In this document: one piece after another, positions 6,123 through 15,891 of the stretch
Layout: each line of letters starts with the position of its first letter
Numbering within the stretch: position 1 is the first letter of the stretch
DNA from: a virus
Strand: one strand, 5' to 3'
Length of the DNA stretch: 61,108 bases
Virus record (IMG/VR): IMGVR_UViG_3300045988_115760
Program-made: the position numbers and the translations under genes
The notes under the pieces: generated by a model
Told to the model about the DNA's origin: nothing
Database searches by the model: none
Seen by the model: the letters and a program-made list of their open reading frames with translations, nothing else

Positions 6123-9100
6123 TTAACTGTCCGCAAGTGGCGTGACTGAAATCGAAGTGCCATTAATGTTGCCGGAACAATAGTTTTCGAAATCACTGGT
6201 TCTCGGAGGGAAAACTGGATTATTTGCTGCGGATAATTTAAATCGAATCGATCCGTATACTTCAAGCGAATACAGTTGGAATGGATCGAGATTAACGACA
6301 CGTCGATAACTCTCGTTTCCAACCGCGCTGTTGCTTTTTGGCTTATACGCAAATGCCATGACTGTAGTGTTTTTAAATAAAAAGCCGTCGTCGAACTTAA
6401 TCGCGCCGGATTTATTCATGATTTTCACATAATAGTCGGCGTAGGCCGTAATAGTGACAGAAGCTGCCGGTGATGATCTGTTATCGAGAATCGCATCCAC
6501 AAAGAGACTGTAAAAAGTTTCGAAATCAATAAGAACTTTCCCACTTTTTGTCGTTACGAAATTTAGATTGATGATATTGTCGTAGTCTTGTTTTGATTCG
6601 TAATTATCGAAACTGTCAAACCTCTTTATATACGTTTTATACTGCTTCGTCTGCTCCTTGTAAGCCATCTGCGAAAAAGCCTGATAGGTCAGAGGAACCA
6701 TCTCCTTGCTGTTATAAGGGTTCATTACCGATAGTCCGGTTTCTACTCCGTACCCAATTCGTAGAACATCTTGACCGCTCGAATTAGTGACGTGAATGCC
6801 GCTGGAGGTCATTTCGACCTTCGGGTTCGAGCCGGAGGTGCGGAATATTGAGCCGGTGAACACGTAGCCGGCGAACTGGCCGGCCGCGATACGGTCCGAC
6901 GTGATCGACTGGGCCGCGATGTTCCGGGCGACGATCGTGTTCGACGCGATCCTGTCGCCCGTGACCGACTGCGCGACGATCTTCGAAGCGTCCACGCTGT
7001 CGGCGGCCAGCTTGTCCACGGTCACGGCCAACGCGGCCAGTTTCTCGGTGGTGATGGCCCCCGAGACGATGTTGCCCGCGTTGACCGAGTTCGCGGCCAG
7101 CTTGCCCGCCACCACGCTGTTCGCGGCGAGCTTGTCGGCGGTCACCGCCAACGCGGCCAGCTTGTCCGTCGAAATGGCTCCGGCCACGATCTTGCTCGCG
7201 TCCACCGAGTTGGCGGCCAGCTTGTCCACGGTCACCGCGCCGGCGACGATGTTGCCCGCGTCCACGCTGTTGGCCGCGAGCTTGCCCGCCACCACCGAGT
7301 TGGCGGCGAGTTTGTCGGCGGTAACCGCCAAAGCGGCCAGCTTGTCCGTGGTGATGGCACCGGAGGCTATCTTGCCGGCGACTATCGCGTTCGCCGCCAC
7401 CTTGTCCGTGGTGATCGCTCCGGCCACCAGCTTCTCCGTCGTGATGCTGTTCGCCGCCATGTTGGAGGCGACCACGCTGCCGGAAGCGAGAATGTTCGCG
7501 GCCACGATGTTGCGCTCGTTCCACGCCGTGCCATCCCACACGTACACGCCGATGAAACGGCTGGACAACGGCACGAGCCAGCTCGCGCTGTTGTTCGGCT
7601 CGCCCTCCCAACCCGTATAGAAGTCGGCCAGCAGGGACGTGCTGTCGTTCGCAGCGCCGGACCAGCGCGTCCAGTATTTTTGGGTTTTGTACCAGAAATC
7701 ACCCTGACGCACGGTCACGCCGGAAAGCGTGGTCGGGTCGTCGGGCCCCTCGTACACGTTGTGCAGGCCGTCGAGGCTCTTGCCCACGGAATTGGCCTTG
7801 TCCAACGCGGACTGGGCCTTCGACGCGGCGTTCGCGATGTCGGACTTCGCCGACTCGATGGCCGCGCTGGCCTTGCCCGCTTCGTTTTTCGCGTTGGCCG
7901 CGTCCGACTTGGCCTGCGTGATGTCCTTCTTCGCCTGCGCGATGTCGCCCTGAGCCGCGTCCAGTTCCCTGTTCGCGTTATCGATGGCCGTCTTGTTCGA
8001 CGTGATCTGCTTGTTCGCGTTGCCGATGGCCGTCGTGTTGTTGGCGATGTCCTGCTTCGCCTGCGTCAGGTCGGACTTCGCCGTAGCCAATTCCCTGTTC
8101 GCGTTGCCTATCGCCGTCGTATTGCCGGCGATATCCTGCTTGGCTTGGGACAATTCCCTGTTCGCGTTGTCGATGGCGGTCTTGTTGTCCCGCAGATCCT
8201 TGTCGAGCCTGTCCAAGTCGGTCTGGGACACCGCGCTGGCGACCGTGATCGACGCGCCCACACCCCAATCCGACTTGTTGCCCGAATGATCGACCGAACG
8301 CAAAGCGAACCAGTAGGCGCGATACTCCAATCCGGTGACGACGCAATGCCCGTCACGCGTCACGCTGTCCCGGTATTTCCAGTTCCCGTTCGAATCGGAA
8401 ACGCCGACCTCCACGTGGTCGAAGTCCAGCTCCATGCCGCCGCCGGCATTGTTCCTGCCGTCCCACTGCACGTCAACCACACCGAGCTTGCTGGTGAGGA
8501 TAGGCTTGGACGGTATGCTCGGCGGCGTCACGTCACTGGCCACCAAAGCCACGACCACGTTCGACCAGTCACCCAACCGGTCGGAATACGTGGGAACCGC
8601 GCGCACGCGGAACTCATAGCGTTGCCCGCATTCCAGACCGCCGATGCCCAACGTGAGCCGCTGCGCGTCAGTCACGCCACCGGAAACCCACGGGGCACCC
8701 GCAAGGTTCTTGCGATACTCCACGCGATAGCCCGAAATGTCGATGGCCGTGTCATCCGTGGCCTGCGAAACCGCAGCCCACTGCAAGGTCGCCAGACCCA
8801 AAGCCGTACCACGGGAGGAGATATACGCGTCGGTCGCCACGACCAGACCGGTCACGGCCTTCGGCGTGCGATGATCCTTCTCCGGAGCCGGGATACCACC
8901 GCCCGTGCCGCCGTTGATGGCACCACCGGTGATGCCCTGTACTCGTTTCGCCTGACGTACGGTCGCGTCATAAACCTTGTCGTTCAACACGACACTGGCC
9001 TTGAACTGGTTGGATTCCAAGCTCAACGTGACCTGCTGGACACGCACTTTCTCCCCATGCATGACGGTTGGCGCGGTGATCCAGTCACCCGGACGGTAAT

Positions 9101-10058
9101 CGATGAGAGGAAGACTCGGAGCATCGTTGACACGCAGGGCCCTCGTATACTGGCCTCGAACACGTGCCGCAGTATCCAGAGTGGATTGCATATAGAGGGC
9201 GGCGGTATCATCATCGCTGATTCCCTGCTGGGATAGATACGTCTCCCACTTGCCCCAAGGGGAAGGCGCTGCGGGATTATCCCTCGTGAAAGCCTTGTTG
9301 TTATCTCCCTGCACGAGAATATGCGAGGCCAATGCCTCGATGCTTTCCTCTTCCGGGGCTTCGAGCACGTCATGCGCCAATTGGACGGAGATGCGGCTCA
9401 GATCACGGCATAATGCCGTGGAGTCCATGTTCCAGATTTTCAATGTCCGCTTGTCGAAAGCCCAGTCGCAAATCTTGTTGCCGGCGAGATTCGCCAACGC
9501 GGTGAGACTGCTGATGCCCGGCGTGTAGGCAAGCGTCATGACGCTCTTCCACGCAGCGCCCGCCGAATCCCTGCCCGTGTCGAAACCGCAGGTGACGGGG
9601 ATACCGCCACGGGTCTTGTTCTCATCAAGGAACGTGCGCATGACCAGACCGGCAGAGGCCTTCTTGAACACACGCTTGCCCTTATCGTCCCCGTCACCCT
9701 CCAGATGAGCGAGGTCGAGCATGAGCGCCTTGTTCAACAACCATGCATAGGAGGGGCAGGTGAACGTCACCGTATCCGAAGAGTCCAAGGCGTCACGACT
9801 GCGGGAGATGAGCACGAAACGACCGTTCAACGGTTCCAGCCATTTGCCGCCATCGGACACTTCGACCGCGATTTCCAGACCGGTTTCGAGCTTGCGTTCA
9901 AGAATCGACCCATTCAACGCCTTACGGGAATACTCCAATCGGAGCGCGCCCGTGTCATCGTGCAGGAAACTCGCGGAAAACGAGGACGGCTGGGGGAGCA
10001 GGCCCAGAGTGTCACCGTTCGGCTTGTACGCTTTCAAACGGATGGAGAGGTTCTTCAT
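6123..10058 (-). CDS. Tail fibre / Tal-position host-recognition protein (about 1311 aa; start set at MKNLSIRL)
   Basis: Position after TMP and Dit. Contains an FN3-like segment, a long coiled-coil (TAIDNANRELSQAKQDI repeats), about 20 decapeptide repeats and a low-GC C-terminal domain. Confidence 0.85.
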   Translation of the reverse strand: MKNLSIRLKAYKPNGDTLGLLPQPSSFSASFLHDDTGALRLEYSRKALNGSILERKLETGLEIAVEVSDGGKWLEPLNGRFVLISRSRDALDSSDTVTFTCPSYAWLLNKALMLDLAHLEGDGDDKGKRVFKKASAGLVMRTFLDENKTRGGIPVTCGFDTGRDSAGAAWKSVMTLAYTPGISSLTALANLAGNKICDWAFDKRTLKIWNMDSTALCRDLSRISVQLAHDVLEAPEEESIEALASHILVQGDNNKAFTRDNPAAPSPWGKWETYLSQQGISDDDTAALYMQSTLDTAARVRGQYTRALRVNDAPSLPLIDYRPGDWITAPTVMHGEKVRVQQVTLSLESNQFKASVVLNDKVYDATVRQAKRVQGITGGAINGGTGGGIPAPEKDHRTPKAVTGLVVATDAYISSRGTALGLATLQWAAVSQATDDTAIDISGYRVEYRKNLAGAPWVSGGVTDAQRLTLGIGGLECGQRYEFRVRAVPTYSDRLGDWSNVVVALVASDVTPPSIPSKPILTSKLGVVDVQWDGRNNAGGGMELDFDHVEVGVSDSNGNWKYRDSVTRDGHCVVTGLEYRAYWFALRSVDHSGNKSDWGVGASITVASAVSQTDLDRLDKDLRDNKTAIDNANRELSQAKQDIAGNTTAIGNANRELATAKSDLTQAKQDIANNTTAIGNANKQITSNKTAIDNANRELDAAQGDIAQAKKDITQAKSDAANAKNEAGKASAAIESAKSDIANAASKAQSALDKANSVGKSLDGLHNVYEGPDDPTTLSGVTVRQGDFWYKTQKYWTRWSGAANDSTSLLADFYTGWEGEPNNSASWLVPLSSRFIGVYVWDGTAWNERNIVAANILASGSVVASNMAANSITTEKLVAGAITTDKVAANAIVAGKIASGAITTDKLAALAVTADKLAANSVVAGKLAANSVDAGNIVAGAVTVDKLAANSVDASKIVAGAISTDKLAALAVTADKLAANSVVAGKLAANSVNAGNIVSGAITTEKLAALAVTVDKLAADSVDASKIVAQSVTGDRIASNTIVARNIAAQSITSDRIAAGQFAGYVFTGSIFRTSGSNPKVEMTSSGIHVTNSSGQDVLRIGYGVETGLSVMNPYNSKEMVPLTYQAFSQMAYKEQTKQYKTYIKRFDSFDNYESKQDYDNIINLNFVTTKSGKVLIDFETFYSLFVDAILDNRSSPAASVTITAYADYYVKIMNKSGAIKFDDGFLFKNTTVMAFAYKPKSNSAVGNESYRRVVNLDPFQLYSLEVYGSIRFKLSAANNPVFPPRTSDFENYCSGNINGTSISVTPLADS
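6880..7450 (-). repeat. About 20 tandem decapeptide repeats (consensus AITTDKLAAN/SV) inside the tail fibre, including a higher-order duplication of about 40 aa
   Basis: ITTDKLAALAVTADKLAANSVVAGKLAANSVDAGNIVAGA and ISTDKLAALAVTADKLAANSVVAGKLAANSVNAGNIVSGA read in the translation. Confidence 0.8.
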
Positions 10059-10071
10059 AAGTGTCTTCCCG

Positions 10072-11022
10072 TCACCACCATGCGCGTCGCACATGCATGA
10101 GCGCATCGCCCGTCGCGCCCGTGGCGGTGACCTTCAATCTGTACAGTTCGTAAATGTCAGGCCATACCTGCAGGATTCCTCCCGCCGGATAATCCAAACC
10201 GGTGGAAACATCCGTGCCGGTCGGAGTCCAGGAGTTCGCATAGTCGGAACGCCATGCGCGCATGATGTCGGGCCTGATGTAAAGGGGTTTCGCACTGTCC
10301 GCCGCACCCGTCCAACTGATTCCAGTGTTCGACGTGGGGTCGGTCAGGGAGACGGAGGTGACGGTGCTGGGGAATCGGAACACGATGTCCGTCAACGGGG
10401 CGTCGCCCCAGAAACCGTCGCCGGGGATACCATCCTCGAACAGTAGGCTCTCGGAATTGTTGACCTCGCCGCGCCACATGGTGATGAAATCCGCCAACAG
10501 TGAGGTACTGTTGTTCGCTTCTCCCGACCATCTCGTCCAGAATTTGTTGATGGTGACAGGTCGGGGGAACACGAGACCGTCCTTGTTCAACGACAACGGA
10601 CGATCCCAATACTCCGGTTCATGCCACCACACGTCGGGCATGGCGAACTTCGCGGTGAACGACACCAGATTGTTCGGATGGGAACTGTCGTCATCGGCGG
10701 TCAACGAGGTGAGCTCCACCCGCGTGGACTGCTCCACACCGTCCTTCACCCGAGTGAGAGTGAGATTCGGCATGGAGCATAATCGCATTATCCGGGAAGA
10801 CTCCTCATACACTTTCGGAGTGAAGGCGTCCACTTTCAACGTGATCTCACGCTCGTCGAACACGGGCGGAACACCGAGGTTCAGGGTTCCGCTCACGCCG
10901 GGCACCGTGGCGACCGTTCTGCGGGTGCTGATGCCCGGCATGAGCGTGGAGCCCACGATGACCAGACAGTTCTCCGTATCCAATGCGACCCCGTTGAGTT
11001 TGTAGGACATGGTGGAGAGCAT
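10072..11022 (-). CDS. Distal tail protein (Dit-position), 316 aa
   Basis: Gene immediately downstream of the tape measure; assignment is by synteny. Confidence 0.65.
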   Translation of the reverse strand: MLSTMSYKLNGVALDTENCLVIVGSTLMPGISTRRTVATVPGVSGTLNLGVPPVFDEREITLKVDAFTPKVYEESSRIMRLCSMPNLTLTRVKDGVEQSTRVELTSLTADDDSSHPNNLVSFTAKFAMPDVWWHEPEYWDRPLSLNKDGLVFPRPVTINKFWTRWSGEANNSTSLLADFITMWRGEVNNSESLLFEDGIPGDGFWGDAPLTDIVFRFPSTVTSVSLTDPTSNTGISWTGAADSAKPLYIRPDIMRAWRSDYANSWTPTGTDVSTGLDYPAGGILQVWPDIYELYRLKVTATGATGDALMHVRRAWW

Positions 11023-11031
11023 CGTTTCCTC

Positions 11032-14000
11032 CTACTGCAAGAGACCGAGGTTCGCGTACTGGTCGAGCTTGTTGTTTTTCTGAACCTCGATTGGTGTGAC
11101 GCTCGGATAGATGAACGTCTGGTTGTATGTGTCGCCCGAACTGGTTTCGATGGGCATCGACCAGCCTCCGGACTTGGAACCACCGTTCAGCCCACCGGAG
11201 GGCATGGTGATCTGGCTGGTGCGCCGCGCATCCGCGATGTACTTGCTTGGAATGCTGCCGGTCGCGTTGATAGCGGCCATGATTCCCCTGCCGTACAGGG
11301 ATTCCATGCTTTGCACAGCGGCCTTACGCACCACGTACTCACCGGTGCTCACATCCGTGTAGGCATTCAACGGAACCGAATCGCTCGTATTGTTGCCCTG
11401 ACCGACCACACGGCCCGTCTTGGTGACATTCGAACCAGCTACCTCGCCGCCCTCGGCGTTCTGGCGTTTGATGCCGAACACGGCAAAGAACTTCTGCTTC
11501 GCCCATTCCCAACCGGATTGCATGGCGCTCCAGAAGGAGCTAGATACGCTTTCCGTACTAGCGCCGAACTGAGCGTTGTAGCTGCTGCCGTTCCATTGCC
11601 AACCCTGGTTTGAAGCCGACCTCTTGGCGTTTGCGGCGCCTGTCGCGTCACCATCGAACGACGCGGTGGGATGCTGGGCACCCCAGTTGCGGGCGTTCGC
11701 ATCGGCGCTGGCCTTCGCCGGTCCGGAATTGTCCTTCGCGTTCAGGTCGGCGGACGGAGCCAACTGGTCGTAGGCGTTGAGATTGCCTTCGACGTAATCC
11801 AACGTGGCTTTCGTCAGATCGTCGGCGTTCAGCTTGGTCGTGTAACCATTACCATCAGAACCGGCCTTGAACAGTTCGGCATGCTTCTTGACAATATCGG
11901 TGGCGACGATCGCCTGAGTGCCATCGGCGTCAAGGACAATCGTGTACTTGCCGGAACCGTCGGTGCTGACGTTCTTGCGTAGCTCGTCCATCTTCGAGCT
12001 GACCTGATCCATGCTCGTGATGGCACCACTGTTGATGCCTTCGAGAATGGTCTGGAACACCGCCGTGTTACCGTCCCCGGGGAAGATGGCTCGCAGATTG
12101 CTCAGATATTGGGTGAGAGCGGTCTTGGTCTGCTCCGTTTCGGCTTTGAACAGGGTGGTGACCTCCTCGGGGGTCAGACCATAGATCTCCTGCAACCGTG
12201 TCGCGGCATCGGCGGGAACACCCATGTCGTGTGCGGTGGCGAGGAACTGCTTCGCCAATTCCGCCTGCTTCGCCTTCACCTCATCCGCGCTGGCACCGGA
12301 CTCGACCATGCTCTTCAACAGGTCATGACCGGAATTGCCCAGATTCTCCAACGCGGACTGCGCCTCACGACCGGCCTCGCTCATCGTGTTGAACGAGCCC
12401 GTCACGCCCTGAATGCCAGCAGCGTTCGCATCCCAAATCGGGCCGCTCTTCGCGGCCAACTGATTGACGCGGGCTATCGCATCCCCCATATTGGAATACG
12501 TTTCACCGTAGTCGGAAGCCGCGTTCAACGCATTCTGCTGAGCTGTGCGTTGACGTTCTGCCCAATCCGCAGCAGTCTGCTGAGCCTTGGCCAGCATCTG
12601 AGTACGTTCGGCCTGAGTGGAAATGGCGATGGACACCGAATCGGAATCCTCACCAAGCTTGATGAGCTTCGTGGCATAACCCTCCGCATACCCGTTCGCT
12701 TGGGCAATGGCCTCGGAATTGGCTATGTACTCGTTGCGCTGATCCTCAAGCGCGGTTTTCACCTTCTGCGCAGCCCTCGCCAGATCGGCGTTCTTGCCTA
12801 TGCCATGACCGACGTTGACATTGTATTTCTCAATCGTCGCATCGAGCCGGTCAAGTGTCGCCTGGTATTCGGCCTGCGAACCGGTAACGGACTTGGTGAG
12901 ATCGCTGACGTTGAGACCGAGCTTCTTGGCCGCGTCGCTCACCGAATCAAAACCCGTGGTCATATCCGACCACCAGTCGAACTTCGTGCCGGAATAATCC
13001 GTGTTGTCGAAATTCTCCTTGATGGCCTTGCCAACCTCGGTGATTCCCTCGGCTGCGGACTGAGCGGAATCCGGTACCTTCTCCAACGCGGTGCGAATGT
13101 TCTCGGACGCCTGCTCATTGGCCTGAGCGGTTTTCACATACTCCGAGTATGCTGCGGTCACCACGGCCACGCCAGCGGTCACGGCGGCTCCGACCGGCCC
13201 GCCGAACGCGCCCAGCACGGCGCTGCCCGCGCCCTTGGCCAGAGCGCCGGTCTTTCCTAGCACACCGTTCGCGTTCCTCACACTGTCGGCTATGCCCTTC
13301 AACGACGGGTTGGCGGCGATGAAACCGCTGACCGCATCCTTCATGCTCGCGCCTGCGGTCTTGGTGGTCACGCCGAGCCCGTTCAACGCCTTCTGGTATT
13401 CGACCATGCGCAGCGTGTTCTCGACCAGACCGGTCTTCACCGTGTTCCAAGCGGTCATGCCCGCCTTGCCGAACGTGGCGTACAGGCCTATCGCGGCCTG
13501 AACCGGTTCGGGCAGCCTGCTGAACGCATTGGCGGTGGCCTCGGCGGCTTTGGCGACCGTGGTGATGAGCGGCGCGCTGGCCTTCAACGTGGCGGCAAGT
13601 GTGCCGCCGAACGTTTTGGACAGCTGGCCCACGGTCTTCAGCAGCTGGTTGAACGCGGGGCTCGCGTCGCCGATCGCGTCGAACACCTTCTGGAAGCCTT
13701 CGGACACTCCCGACGAGAATCCGCTGATGCCGTCCTTCGAGTTTTTCAGAAGACGGCTCGCGTTACGGGTGAACGAGCTGATCGTATTGCCTGCATCGGT
13801 GAATATGCCCGCGGTGGTGTCGCGCAGCTCGTAGGCTGCGGAACCGATGTCCGAGAAGGCGTTGCGCATCTCGTTCTTCGCGGCTTCCGCGCCCTTGGCC
13901 CACGCCTTGAGCGTGGTCTGGAATCTGGCGGAGTTCACCGCACGGTCGGCCTTGCCTACAGCCGTGCTGAACCCCTCGAGCCCGTTCTGGCTTTCCGCCA

Positions 14001-15870
14001 ACGCGGAATACAGACCTGTGGCGATGCCCCACACGCCCTTGAACGAGTCCTTCAGATAACCGGCCTGTTCGACCACCTGCTTCATCGACGCGACGATCTC
14101 GCCGGTGGCTCGGGTCTTATCCACCCAGTCGGCGAACTTCGAGGCCATATCACTGAAATAGGAGGCGGCGCGAGGCAGGTACTGGCTGGTGCCGTCGCTC
14201 AAGCGGAGGAACGACTCCACCACGCTCCGCAGTCCCGGATTGAGATTGTCCACGGCCTCGGAAGTACGGGAGAATATGGTGGACAGCTCGCCGGCCTTGT
14301 CGGACTCGCGGATGATGTCCGCCAACCCCTCGACCACCTTGCCCTCGCTGGACGCGATGCCGGTCATGCCGGGGATAAGCGTGCCGCTCACATCGTCCAT
14401 CAGGCTTCTGATGGCCGGACGCGCCTTCTCGTAGAACGCCTCGTCCATGGCGTCGCCGAAACCGGCGAGCTTCGTCGTGGCGATGTCGATCTGGTCGCTG
14501 AACGTGGTGCCTTTTTCGCCCCACGCATGTTTGAGCACGACGAACGCCGCACCCAAGCCGGTGATGGCGGCGGGAGCCGCGAACGCGGCCTTGCTCATGG
14601 CTCCGAGACTGGCGGCGACGCCGAGCACGCTGGAGGAGAGGTTCACCGCGCCGGCGGACAATCCGCCGATGACGGTGCCAACCGCACCCAGTATGGGAAC
14701 CTTCGTGTCCAACGTGTCGAACAGGTTCACCAATCGCTGGAACTGGTTGTTGACGCCGCGAAGGCCGGTGGCCCCGTAGAGCATGCCGTCGATGAGCTTG
14801 CCCATGTCCGTAGCGTGCAATCTTGCGTAGATCTCCACGCTGCGGGGACGGGTCAGGTACATGAGGTGGGCGGAAGCCGCAGCGGACTTGAGGTCGAGGT
14901 CCATCTCCAGCTTGTCGTGGTCGTTCTGGAAATCACGGGCCTTGCGCCGCGCCTCGCTCACATCGAGATCGAGGTTCGCGACGTATTTGAAGTCCTTGTC
15001 ACGTCCGGCGAGATGGCCGGCTGTGTTCATGCGGTCGATGGCCTGCCTGTAGGAGTCCTCTATCTCCTTGGGCAGGTTCACGTAACGGCGGCGAAGGTCG
15101 TCCAGCTCGCGTTTGAGCTTGTCCGCGCCGTCCGTGTAGAACTTGACGCGGGCTTCCTTGCGGTTCAGCTCGTCGGTCTTGCGGGCCACGTTCTCGAGGT
15201 CGGAAACGACCTTCGCGTAACGGTCGATGTCGATGCGAATCTTCGCGCCCGGATCGTTTTCAAGCTGTTTGATATCGCGCCTGATGCGGGCGATGGCGAG
15301 GTTGGCCTCTTTCATCTCCACGACGTTCGAACCCAACGGTTTGAACTTGAGAATCGCGTCCTGCAGGGTGCGGATACGACGCTTCGTCTTATCCAGCACG
15401 TTGATTTGCCGGTCACCGTACTTGCGGGTGAGCGTGGACGTCTTGTCCATCGCGTCGCCGTACTGCTTCACCAGCGTCTTGTTGTGCTTGAACTTGGCGG
15501 AACTCGTATCGACCGAACGGTTGAACTTCTGGAAGGAACGGTTGGCTGCTTCGACCCTCTGACGCAGGGAACGCAGGTCGCGCAGCTGCTTGGTCAGATC
15601 GACCTTCGGGGAGATGTCACGCTCCTCGATATCCTGCACGGCCTTGCGCAGCGCGCTCGTATCGCCTCGCACCTCGACGGTCTTGGAGAGACGGTCGTTG
15701 TTGATGCGCCGTTTCGCCGCCGTCCAGTTCGCATCGTCCACGTCGATGTTCAGCGGAATGGTGAGATCGTCATCCGCGTACTTGGCGAGCTTGCGGCGCA
15801 GTTCGAAACCGAACTCCGTGGTGTCCGGGTAGATGCTGATGCCAACGGCACCGCCCTCGTATATTGCCAT
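11032..15870 (-). CDS. Tape measure protein (1612 aa)
   Basis: Length, position after the chaperone pair, internal Gly/Ala-rich hydrophobic block and extended helical regions. Confidence 0.9.
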   Translation of the reverse strand: MAIYEGGAVGISIYPDTTEFGFELRRKLAKYADDDLTIPLNIDVDDANWTAAKRRINNDRLSKTVEVRGDTSALRKAVQDIEERDISPKVDLTKQLRDLRSLRQRVEAANRSFQKFNRSVDTSSAKFKHNKTLVKQYGDAMDKTSTLTRKYGDRQINVLDKTKRRIRTLQDAILKFKPLGSNVVEMKEANLAIARIRRDIKQLENDPGAKIRIDIDRYAKVVSDLENVARKTDELNRKEARVKFYTDGADKLKRELDDLRRRYVNLPKEIEDSYRQAIDRMNTAGHLAGRDKDFKYVANLDLDVSEARRKARDFQNDHDKLEMDLDLKSAAASAHLMYLTRPRSVEIYARLHATDMGKLIDGMLYGATGLRGVNNQFQRLVNLFDTLDTKVPILGAVGTVIGGLSAGAVNLSSSVLGVAASLGAMSKAAFAAPAAITGLGAAFVVLKHAWGEKGTTFSDQIDIATTKLAGFGDAMDEAFYEKARPAIRSLMDDVSGTLIPGMTGIASSEGKVVEGLADIIRESDKAGELSTIFSRTSEAVDNLNPGLRSVVESFLRLSDGTSQYLPRAASYFSDMASKFADWVDKTRATGEIVASMKQVVEQAGYLKDSFKGVWGIATGLYSALAESQNGLEGFSTAVGKADRAVNSARFQTTLKAWAKGAEAAKNEMRNAFSDIGSAAYELRDTTAGIFTDAGNTISSFTRNASRLLKNSKDGISGFSSGVSEGFQKVFDAIGDASPAFNQLLKTVGQLSKTFGGTLAATLKASAPLITTVAKAAEATANAFSRLPEPVQAAIGLYATFGKAGMTAWNTVKTGLVENTLRMVEYQKALNGLGVTTKTAGASMKDAVSGFIAANPSLKGIADSVRNANGVLGKTGALAKGAGSAVLGAFGGPVGAAVTAGVAVVTAAYSEYVKTAQANEQASENIRTALEKVPDSAQSAAEGITEVGKAIKENFDNTDYSGTKFDWWSDMTTGFDSVSDAAKKLGLNVSDLTKSVTGSQAEYQATLDRLDATIEKYNVNVGHGIGKNADLARAAQKVKTALEDQRNEYIANSEAIAQANGYAEGYATKLIKLGEDSDSVSIAISTQAERTQMLAKAQQTAADWAERQRTAQQNALNAASDYGETYSNMGDAIARVNQLAAKSGPIWDANAAGIQGVTGSFNTMSEAGREAQSALENLGNSGHDLLKSMVESGASADEVKAKQAELAKQFLATAHDMGVPADAATRLQEIYGLTPEEVTTLFKAETEQTKTALTQYLSNLRAIFPGDGNTAVFQTILEGINSGAITSMDQVSSKMDELRKNVSTDGSGKYTIVLDADGTQAIVATDIVKKHAELFKAGSDGNGYTTKLNADDLTKATLDYVEGNLNAYDQLAPSADLNAKDNSGPAKASADANARNWGAQHPTASFDGDATGAANAKRSASNQGWQWNGSSYNAQFGASTESVSSSFWSAMQSGWEWAKQKFFAVFGIKRQNAEGGEVAGSNVTKTGRVVGQGNNTSDSVPLNAYTDVSTGEYVVRKAAVQSMESLYGRGIMAAINATGSIPSKYIADARRTSQITMPSGGLNGGSKSGGWSMPIETSSGDTYNQTFIYPSVTPIEVQKNNKLDQYANLGLLQ

Positions 15871-15891
15871 CGGCGAACCTCTTTTCGGTTA

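Noticed and set aside
7680-9236. 518-aa + strand ORF, and similar long antisense ORFs at 14527..16104, 24028..25719, 20510..22060 and 59508..61070
   Set aside because: They lie antisense to well-supported structural or integrase genes. Their composition (Arg/Gly/Val/His-rich) is typical of shadow frames in high-GC DNA, and they have no motifs or RBS.
4376-10058. Shufflon or diversity-generating retroelement acting on the tail fibre region
   Set aside because: There is no invertase (Rin/Hin-like) or reverse transcriptase anywhere in the window. There are no inverted repeats around the paralogs and no template/variable repeat pair with A-specific differences.
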